Source: Dehalococcoidia bacterium
Lineage (GTDB): Bacteria; Chloroflexota; Dehalococcoidia; UBA2979
Reading direction: 5' to 3'
NCBI GenBank assembly: GCA_964291495.2
Contig: OZ219871.1
Location: 896,001 to 960,000 of the forward strand
DNA length: 64,000 nucleotides
The notes beneath the pieces were generated by a model. The model had not been told where the DNA came from and searched no databases. It saw only the letters and a program-made list of their open reading frames with translations. Positions 56,737-64,000 of the stretch are shown one piece after another. Position numbers and translations under genes: made by a program. The first letter of the stretch is position 1. The number at the start of each line of letters is the position of its first letter.

Positions 56737-58107
56737 TTACCCGCCGGCGGACGCGACTGGGGTGGCGTAGAGGGCCTCCCGGTAGGCCTCGAAGGCGTCG
56801 TAGAAGTCGTCGGCGGAGATGCCGAAGACCTTCTCGAACGCATCCTCCCAGTCCTCAGCGGCCGCGAGCCGCCGGTAGTACTCGATGTAGGCGGCAGTCT
56901 CCGTGAAGCTGTCCGGCCACCCGACCGCCTGCGGCGCGAACTCCGCCTCGTCCCCGGCGAAGGCGACACGCCCCTCCAGCCACTCGATTGCGACGGCGGC
57001 CAGGCTGTAGGCGGGCGCCTCACTGCCGTAGAACACGCGGATCAGCACGAGGTCGCCGAGCGGCTCCGTGATGTGCTTTGAGTGCCGCCAGCGAGCGTTG
57101 CGCAGTTGCTCGCCCGTGATGTTCCAGACCCCGAGCCGGTAGAGGCCGCCCGCGTACGTCGCGGTGCCCTCGGTCATCCAGGCCGGCGAGCGCGTCCTCC
57201 CGGCAAGGTGGCGTTGCAGGATGTGGAAGTACTCATGCGCCAGCGTCACCGCGCGCAGCGGGTAAGCCATGACGCTGCTGCTCAGCAGGATCCGGCCTGC
57301 GAGAGCTCCCGCGAAGATCTCCAGGTCCGGGTGGTACTCCACCGCGAACGGCGGAGGTTTGATCCCGTAGCGCTCGGCGAAGAACGTCACCACGGCGGTC
57401 ACGTCGTCGCGAAGCGATGCCCGCTCCTCCTCGGTCAGCTCATCCCCGAGCTCGAACGTCGTCCCCACGAGCTCCGACTGCCACCAGCGCGCTTCGTCGC
57501 TCAGCCTGATCCAGAACGCGTCGCCGCGATTCAGCTCGCGTAGCGTGTTGGCCGAGTCTTGCGCGTCCGGCCGGTACCGCTCGTACCGCCGCGTGACCGC
57601 GTTCCAGCGCCTCGCCTCCAGCAGTGCATCGCCGAAGCGTTCGGCCGACTCGGGGAACGGCGCTCCGTCTCGCCCTCCCCAGCCGACGAGGTTCCAGCCC
57701 GCCGCAAGGGAGACCAGCACGCCACCCTCGGACGGCGTGAGGGTCCACTCGACGATCGAGTCGCCGCCGATGTAGAGCCACAGCCCCATGCCCGTGCTCA
57801 CCTGCCTCAACGCATAGCGAGGAATGCTGGTTGGGAACGCCCGCAAGTAGCGCTCCGCCTCGTTGTCCCACGCGTAGACGCGCTCCAGTTCCGGAATCGC
57901 GTCGAAGACATCGGAGACGGGACCATCGGGCCCGAGCCAGGCGGCCATGTTCCAGCCGGGCTGCAGCTGCGTCGTCAGCGTGCCCGTCCCGGACTCTGCC
58001 CCCGGCTCCTCCGCCGAGGCAGTGGCGGATGTCAGCGCAAGCGAGGCGCTGAGCGCGACCGCAAGGAACAGACCGACAAGGGACAGACGAAGACGCCTCG
58101 GCAACAT
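56737..58107 (-). CDS. Secreted zincin-like metallopeptidase with two N-terminal GWN repeats
   Basis: Signal peptide; LAHEYFHILQ, WMTEGTA. Confidence 0.8.
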   Translation of the reverse strand: MLPRRLRLSLVGLFLAVALSASLALTSATASAEEPGAESGTGTLTTQLQPGWNMAAWLGPDGPVSDVFDAIPELERVYAWDNEAERYLRAFPTSIPRYALRQVSTGMGLWLYIGGDSIVEWTLTPSEGGVLVSLAAGWNLVGWGGRDGAPFPESAERFGDALLEARRWNAVTRRYERYRPDAQDSANTLRELNRGDAFWIRLSDEARWWQSELVGTTFELGDELTEEERASLRDDVTAVVTFFAERYGIKPPPFAVEYHPDLEIFAGALAGRILLSSSVMAYPLRAVTLAHEYFHILQRHLAGRTRSPAWMTEGTATYAGGLYRLGVWNITGEQLRNARWRHSKHITEPLGDLVLIRVFYGSEAPAYSLAAVAIEWLEGRVAFAGDEAEFAPQAVGWPDSFTETAAYIEYYRRLAAAEDWEDAFEKVFGISADDFYDAFEAYREALYATPVASAGG

Positions 58108-58293
58108 GCGGCCTCCCGGTGCGGAACGGGACTCGGCCGTCCCGCTCCCGAGCAGCCGTAGGCTATCCGATGCCGCCCATGGCCGCGCGTGAGCGGCGCG
58201 GCGCCCTGGGGTCGGACGGCGCGCCGGGGAGCCCGCGCAGGCGCGGCCGGGCTCCCGGTGCGGCTACGATGAGCGGACGCGACGGGGGTACCG

Positions 58294-60060
58294 ATGCGCC
58301 TGCTGCTTGCCGCCGCCCTGCTCGTCGCCGTCTCCACCCTCGCAGACCGCGCCGCAGCCCCCGCCTCAGCCTGGCCACCCGCAAGCATCGACGTCTCACC
58401 GGTCGTGCGGCTGGACGCCGGGGTCGGAGTGTTCGCGGATCCGGGGGGCGCGCCGGTCGCCCCGGAGGCGGCGCCGCGCCTGCACGCCGGCCTCGACGAG
58501 CCGTTCGAGTTCGCGCGGCTCGGTCCGGCCTCGCTCCCGCCGCCGGGGGAACACCCGGAACAGTCCTTCGCCGGCGTCGCCGTCCTGGTGGGCGCGGACA
58601 TCTGGCACGAGGCGGGCTTCAGCGGCCACGGCGTGCGCGTCGCCGTCATCGACGTCGGCTTCAGCGGCTACGAGGAGGCGTTCGCCGAGGCCGCTGCACT
58701 CGTGCGCGCGCGCTCGTTTCGTGCCGACGGCAGCCTCGACGGCGGCTCCGGGCACGGGCTTCGTGCGGCATCGATCGTGCATGAACTGGCGCCGCGCGCC
58801 GAGCTGCTGCTGCTCAGCTTCTCCGGCACCGAGACGTTGGCCGCCGCCGTCGAGTACGCCATCGAGGAGGGCGTGGACATCATCTCCTTCTCGATCGGCT
58901 TCGTGCATAACGGCCCGGGCGACGGGACCGGGCCCGTCAACGAGATCGTCGATCGCGCGGTTGAGGCGGGGGTGCTCTGGGCCGCGGCCGCCGGGAACTG
59001 GGCCCGGCAGCACTGGGCCGGGCCGTTCAGCGACCCCGACGGCGACGGCGTGCACGAGTTCAGCCCGGGCGAGCCGCTGAACGGCCGCCACTACGCAGCC
59101 GGCGACCTGATCAGCGCCTCGCTGCGCTGGGACGACCAGTGGGGCGCTGCCTGCAGCGACTACGACCTCGAACTGGTCGGCCCGGAGGGGACGCTCGTGC
59201 AGGCCTCGCGGGGCGTCCAGGACTGCGACGACAACCCCGTCGAGGGGTTACGCGTGCTCGCGACGACGAGCGGCCGCTACGCGGCACGCGTGGTCGCCGC
59301 ACCCGGGACGTCCGAGTCGTCGAACGGGGAACACGCGCTCAGCCTGCTGCTGCTCGGCACACCCGGTCGGGACGAGCGGCTGGACTGGTTCGAACCAGCC
59401 GGCTCAATCTCGCAGCCGGCCGATCACCCCTCAGTGGTCGCGGTCGGCATACTCAGCAGCGCCGGCGAGGTCGCCCGCTTCTCCTCGCGCGGTCCGGCGG
59501 CGGACGGCAGGCTCAAGCCCGATCTGCTCGCGCCGACCGTGCTCCCCGACGCAGACGCAACCGGTCCGACGTTGGGGGGCACCTCGGACGCCGCGCCGAT
59601 CGTCGCCGCCGTCGGCGCATTGCTGATCGAGGCGATGCCGGAACTGTCAGGCGAGGAAGTGGCCGCGGCGCTGCGCGAACGCGCCCGGCAGCGTGGGGCA
59701 ACGCCGCCGGACCTCGAACGCGGTCCGGCGATCGTGCAGCTCGGCGCGCTCGACGGCCTCGGCCCGCTGCTGCCCCCGGGCGGCCGCGAGGCGACGCTGA
59801 GCGGCGAGCGCGACCCCGAGGGCGGTTACACGGCGTTCAGCTTCAGCGGCCCGGACGGCTACCCGCTGCGCTTCCTGCACCTGCTGCTGGACGACCCGCA
59901 GCCCCTCGCGATCTGGCGCTACAACGCCAACGAGGAGCGCTGGATGCTCCACGTCGCCGGCGCCCCGGACTGGGTGAACGACCTCGAGAGCTTCGATGGC
60001 GGAGACGAGCTGTGGATGCGTTTCCCGGTCGCGGAGGTTCCGGTCACGGAGGACAACTGA
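58294..60060 (+). CDS. Secreted S8 subtilisin-like protease
   Basis: AVIDVG, GHG, AAAGN, SSRGP..KPD, GGTSDAAP. Confidence 0.9.
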   Translation: MRLLLAAALLVAVSTLADRAAAPASAWPPASIDVSPVVRLDAGVGVFADPGGAPVAPEAAPRLHAGLDEPFEFARLGPASLPPPGEHPEQSFAGVAVLVGADIWHEAGFSGHGVRVAVIDVGFSGYEEAFAEAAALVRARSFRADGSLDGGSGHGLRAASIVHELAPRAELLLLSFSGTETLAAAVEYAIEEGVDIISFSIGFVHNGPGDGTGPVNEIVDRAVEAGVLWAAAAGNWARQHWAGPFSDPDGDGVHEFSPGEPLNGRHYAAGDLISASLRWDDQWGAACSDYDLELVGPEGTLVQASRGVQDCDDNPVEGLRVLATTSGRYAARVVAAPGTSESSNGEHALSLLLLGTPGRDERLDWFEPAGSISQPADHPSVVAVGILSSAGEVARFSSRGPAADGRLKPDLLAPTVLPDADATGPTLGGTSDAAPIVAAVGALLIEAMPELSGEEVAAALRERARQRGATPPDLERGPAIVQLGALDGLGPLLPPGGREATLSGERDPEGGYTAFSFSGPDGYPLRFLHLLLDDPQPLAIWRYNANEERWMLHVAGAPDWVNDLESFDGGDELWMRFPVAEVPVTEDN

Positions 60061-60138
60061 TCCCAGGGCTGGGGAGACAGCAAAGCGCCCGGGCCGCAGC
60101 CCGGGCGGAGTCGCACATCCGGAGCCGGGAGCCGCTGC

Positions 60139-61140
60139 CTAGTAGTGCTCGCGGATGTAGTGGGAAGCGACCACCACGCCGTCCTGGGCGGCCCGGCGGG
60201 CGGCGCCGAGCGCGCGGCCGTTCTCCTCGTCCGCCCGCGCCGCCGCGAGCAGCGTGCGGCCATGCGCGGTCTGGGTGAGGAAGCTGATCACCTGCTGCTT
60301 GGAAACCACGTCGGGCTGCACCTCGAGCTGCTCCGCCACGAGCGCGATCGACTCGGTGATGTCCCGGAGCATCGCCGGATCCACCGGCTGACTGTGGTAG
60401 ACGTCGAAGGCAATCGCCGCGATCAGCGCGTCGATGCGCTCGATCTCCAGCTCGATCATCCGCGCGACGTACTGCGCCTCTTCACCGGGCACGACCGGAC
60501 CGAGATCAACCGGCGGCGGGACCGTCGGCCCGACCCTGCCGCCACCGAACACCTCGATGGCGTCGAGCTGCGGGCCAACCTCGTAGTCCCTGAAGAACCA
60601 GCCCCGGGCCAGGGGGGTCGGCTGCGGGACAAAACCGTCCTCCTGCAAGAGGGGACCGGGCTCCGCCTCAGCAGGGTCCAAGATCCGAACGGGGATCGTG
60701 ACTGTCTCCACCGGCGGGTAGTCCGCGGACGGCTCGACGACCGCGGCGGTCTGCGGCGGCGTCGAGTCCAGCTGCGTGGCGACGACGAACGCGAGCACGA
60801 GCACCGCCGCCGCCGCCGCGCTGAAGACGGGCGTCAGGACGTTCCAGCGGAAGATGAAGAACGGCTTCGGCTCCTCGCGAGGCGCGCTGTCGTCGACCTG
60901 CTGCGCCCGGCGCCTCGCCCCGAGGCGGTTCAGTACGTAGGTTCGCGAGCGCTCACGGTAGGACTCGAAGCGTGGCGAGCGGGTGGCGGCCTGCTCCGTG
61001 TCGTACAGCTCGGCCGCGAGCGCCGCGAGTGAGAAGAGGGTGGGATCCTCGCGCGGGTCGAGGTCCGGCTCCGCCAGCGCCTCGATCGCGTCGAGGGCCT
61101 GGGCGAATCGTTCGGCCTCCACCATCTCGAAGTCGGTCAT
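60139..61140 (-). CDS. Membrane-anchored putative anti-sigma factor
   Basis: Overlaps the ECF sigma stop (ATGA); single central TM helix. Confidence 0.65.
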   Translation of the reverse strand: MTDFEMVEAERFAQALDAIEALAEPDLDPREDPTLFSLAALAAELYDTEQAATRSPRFESYRERSRTYVLNRLGARRRAQQVDDSAPREEPKPFFIFRWNVLTPVFSAAAAAVLVLAFVVATQLDSTPPQTAAVVEPSADYPPVETVTIPVRILDPAEAEPGPLLQEDGFVPQPTPLARGWFFRDYEVGPQLDAIEVFGGGRVGPTVPPPVDLGPVVPGEEAQYVARMIELEIERIDALIAAIAFDVYHSQPVDPAMLRDITESIALVAEQLEVQPDVVSKQQVISFLTQTAHGRTLLAAARADEENGRALGAARRAAQDGVVVASHYIREHY

Positions 61141-61760
61141 GACTTCCTCGCCTCGCGGATCCCGGACGGTTCGGCAAGCAGTTCACGCAGGCGCTGCACG
61201 CCCTTGTGCTGCAAGACCTTCACGTTCGGCACGTGCTTCCCGAGCGCTTCCGCCGTCTCCCTGACGGAGAGGCCGGATGCGAAGCGCAGCAGGATCACGT
61301 CGCGCTGCGCTTCCGGAAGTTCTCGCACCGCCCGGAACACCTCCTCGATCGTCAGCTTCGTTTCTGTCAGCTCCTGAGGGCCGCGGCCCTCATCGCGGAG
61401 ACGCTCGGCGACGAGGTCGGAGAACTCCGCCCGCCGCGGTCGCGCCGCCGCCCGGCGCTGGAACGATGCCACCTCGTTGCGGGCGATGCGGAAGATCCAC
61501 GCCCCGAAGGGGATGCGCTGGCCCTCCGCGCCCGGCCGCCACTCGAAGCGGTCGATCGCTCCCAGGACCTTGACGAAGATCTCTTCCGTCAGATCCTCGG
61601 CCTCGGTCTCGTCGCCGACGCGGGTGAGGCAGTAGCGATACAGCCTCGCCACGTAGGCGTCGTAGAGGCGGCCCATCGCCTCGTTCTCACCTGCCTTGGC
61701 GCGGTCGACGAGCGACCGCTCCTCTTCAGGCGAGAGACCGAACAGTGGTGGAGTTGACAT
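61137..61760 (-). CDS. ECF RNA polymerase sigma-70 factor
   Basis: AEDLTEEIF, WIFRIARN, LPEAQRDVILLRF..GLS..ETA. Confidence 0.93.
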   Translation of the reverse strand: MSTPPLFGLSPEEERSLVDRAKAGENEAMGRLYDAYVARLYRYCLTRVGDETEAEDLTEEIFVKVLGAIDRFEWRPGAEGQRIPFGAWIFRIARNEVASFQRRAAARPRRAEFSDLVAERLRDEGRGPQELTETKLTIEEVFRAVRELPEAQRDVILLRFASGLSVRETAEALGKHVPNVKVLQHKGVQRLRELLAEPSGIREARKS

Positions 61761-61952
61761 GCAGCCGCTCCGCGCGAGCCCCCGACTGTCTGGTCCCGCC
61801 GAGGCCAGCGCAAGCCGGAATGGAACCCAGTATAGCCCCCTCCGGCGTGCGGGACGGCTATCCGCCGCATTCCCACCACACTCACAAGAACGCTCTGAAC
61901 CCGTAACCGGTTAACGACGCGTTTCCCGTGTCCGGCAACCGTGCCGGCGCCG

Positions 61953-62573
61953 TCAGCGCCGGCCCAGCACCGCCCCGAGCGCCTCCCGCGTCTCGATCGC
62001 CTGCGGGTGCAACTCGAATGCCTCGCGCTCCGAGCGCTCCACCTCCAGTTCGAGATAGGCGAGCGCCGCCGCCTCCAGCGAGTCCTCGGCGAGGTCGACC
62101 ACGCGCTGCAGCTCCGGCCGCCGGGCCAGCTTCGCCGGCTCGATCTTGTCGGCGACGAACATCGCCCACGCCTCGGGCCCGAACGCCGGGTGCCCCGGCG
62201 TGTGCCAGTGGATCGCGTGCAGCACCAGTTCGTCCGTGACGCCGAAGCGCTCCGCGAGTTCGATGGCGCCGAGCGGCCCGTGCAGCAGCACCGGCCGCGC
62301 CTGCTCGACCGGCAACAGCTCGAGGCCCCGCGCCTCCGCGCGCGCCAGCCACTCGTCGTCCGTGAGCGCGCGCAGCAGGTCGTGCCCCTGGGCAGCGAGC
62401 AGCGTGCGCTCGACGTCGGCGCCGTGGGCCCGCGCCAGCGGCTCGGCCGCCGCGACGACCCTGTCGATGTGCGCGATCATGAAGTCCGGGACCTCGGCTG
62501 CCATCCGCTCGCGCAGCGCCAGCCTCGCCGCCGCGCCCTCGGCTGCGTGGCCGCGTGCGTCGCCTTCGCTCAT
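61953..62573 (-). CDS. yqeK: YqeK-like HD-domain Ap4A hydrolase
   Basis: AHIDRV, GHDL, LLHGP, AIHWHT, FVADKIEP. Confidence 0.8.
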   Translation of the reverse strand: MSEGDARGHAAEGAAARLALRERMAAEVPDFMIAHIDRVVAAAEPLARAHGADVERTLLAAQGHDLLRALTDDEWLARAEARGLELLPVEQARPVLLHGPLGAIELAERFGVTDELVLHAIHWHTPGHPAFGPEAWAMFVADKIEPAKLARRPELQRVVDLAEDSLEAAALAYLELEVERSEREAFELHPQAIETREALGAVLGRR

Positions 62574-62604
62574 CGCGGTGCGATTCCGGCGCGACGCCGA
62601 GGCG

Positions 62605-63432
62605 CTACTGCGGGTAGCCGGCCATGCGGCGCAGCCGCTCGATGCGCTGCTCCATCGGCGGATGCGTGGAGAACAGGCCGGAGACGCTGTTCCCGCCCAG
62701 CGGGTTCACGATGTAGAGGTGCGCCGTCGACTCGGAGACCTCGCGCGGCATCAGCTGCGCGCCCTGTTCGAGCTTCGCCAGCGCCGAGGCCAGCGCGATC
62801 GGATCGCCGACGTAGTTCGCGCCGTCCGTGTCGGCCTGGTACTCGCGCGAGCGGCTGATCGCGAGCTGGATGAGCGAGGCCGCGATCGGCGCCAGCAGCG
62901 CCGCCAGCAGGGCGAGCAGGCCGCCGCCGTCGCGCCGCCCGCCGAACCAGAGGGCGAAGAACGAGAGGAACGAGATCGCCGAGGCCACCGTCGCGACCAC
63001 CGAGGAGGTGAGGATGTCGCGGTTGGCGACGTGCGCGATCTCGTGGCCGATCACGCCTCGCAGCTCGCGGTCGGTGAGCAGCCGGCGGATGCCGGTGGTC
63101 ACGGCGACGGCGGCGTGCTTCGGGCTGCGGCCGGTGGCGAAGGCGTTGGGTTGCGGCGAGTCCATGATGTAGACGCGCGGCATCGGCAGCCCGGCCCCGT
63201 TCGCGACCTGCTCGATCATGCGGAACAGGTCCGGGTCGTCCTCGTAGCCGATCTCCTGCGCGCCCGAGGTCTTGAGCACGATGTCGGCGGAGAACCAGTA
63301 GGAGCCGACGTTCAGCGCCAGCGCGATCACGAGCGCGATGATCAGGCCACCCAGCCCACCGACGCCAAACCCGATCAGCATCAGCAACCCGCTGATCGCG
63401 GCCAGCAGCACCACCGTCTTGAAGTTCTGCAT
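62605..63432 (-). CDS. htpX: Zinc metalloprotease HtpX
   Basis: PNAFATGR, HEIAH, SRSREYQAD, STHPP..RI. Confidence 0.93.
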   Translation of the reverse strand: MQNFKTVVLLAAISGLLMLIGFGVGGLGGLIIALVIALALNVGSYWFSADIVLKTSGAQEIGYEDDPDLFRMIEQVANGAGLPMPRVYIMDSPQPNAFATGRSPKHAAVAVTTGIRRLLTDRELRGVIGHEIAHVANRDILTSSVVATVASAISFLSFFALWFGGRRDGGGLLALLAALLAPIAASLIQLAISRSREYQADTDGANYVGDPIALASALAKLEQGAQLMPREVSESTAHLYIVNPLGGNSVSGLFSTHPPMEQRIERLRRMAGYPQ

Positions 63433-63512
63433 CACCCAGTCCCGGTCTATGGAGTCCCGCCTGTGAGGCGCTGCAACACGCCTCGGATCGATCTTATTCG
63501 ATCTGGGGTCGC

Positions 63513-63745
63513 GGGGTGAGGGCTCGCGCATCGGTCGCTCGTGGGGGCTGCGCCCCCCACACCCCCCTCGGCTCCGCCGCATCGGTCATTCCGGCACCCT
63601 CTCCCCCCGCGGGAGAGGGTGGGGGTGAGGGGGAGCGGACGCAGCCCGCCCGGCGCGCAGCGCCGCTTCGAGCACGCACCGACGCCCCGAGGGCGGATCC
63701 GGCCCCCTCTCCCCGAGGGAGAGGGCGGGGGTGAGGGAGGCGCAC
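63513..63745. repeat. Repeat cluster 7
   Basis: CCCTCTCCC..GGGAGAGGG.GGGGGTGAGGG copies and GGGGGCTGCGCCCCCCACACCCC. Confidence 0.88.
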
Positions 63746-63810
63746 GCCCGCGAGAGTTCCGAGGGGCGCGGCGCCGCCCGGAGGGCGATTCAGCCTTCCG
63801 GCGGCAACGA

Positions 63811-63838
63811 AACGGGCCGCCCTCGCGGGCGGCCCGTT
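63811..63838 (-). terminator. Terminator hairpin
   Basis: AACGGGCCGCCC-TCGC-GGGCGGCCCGTT downstream of the minus-strand gene. Confidence 0.7.
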
Positions 63839-63861
63839 GGCTGCGTAGCCCTCGAGGGCGG

Positions 63862-64000
63862 CTAGATGCCGAGCTGGTCGGCCACCAACTCGCGGTGGTG
63901 GTCCGTGTCGCCCCAGGCCAGCTCCGCCCGCTTCTGGCGGCGGTAGTAGAGCTGGATCTTGTAGTCCTTCGTGAAGCCGATGCCGCCGTGGATCTGCTGG
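63862..64000 (-). CDS. Acyl-CoA dehydrogenase, C-terminal fragment cut by window end
   Basis: Manual translation QQIHGGIGFTKDYKIQLYYRRQKRAELAWGD. Confidence 0.85.
   Translation of the reverse strand, partial: QQIHGGIGFTKDYKIQLYYRRQKRAELAWGDTDHHRELVADQLGI

Overview
Very GC-rich bacterial chromosomal window. The protein styles (Tat lipoproteins with PTAT linkers, class F sortase, S-layer-like proteins, expanded acyl-CoA catabolism) suggest Chloroflexota, probably Dehalococcoidia; this is inference only. 1-41 kb: an acyl-CoA catabolic/ABC uptake cluster, hpnCDE squalene genes, housekeeping genes (rnhA, gyrA, thiL, tsaE, tsaB, ndk, rsfS, mnmA, putP, sthA-like), three tRNAs and four type II toxin-antitoxin pairs. 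41-64 kb: accessory and envelope genes separated by dense mosaic palindromic repeat arrays. The best candidates for undescribed systems are: (1) a DUF559 endonuclease gene bracketed by inverted BoxC-like hairpin/G-quadruplex repeats, with gene-less doublets of the same repeat spread locally (REPtron/REPIN-like but with a non-HUH nuclease); (2) a host-like, translationally coupled terminase-portal operon with a Cys4-HTH regulator and no adjacent capsid, integrase or replication genes (domesticated or GTA-like packaging module); (3) an S-layer-like gene plus a sortase-substrate gene enclosed by ~110-bp inverted repeats. All calls come from reading motifs by eye; no searches were run.
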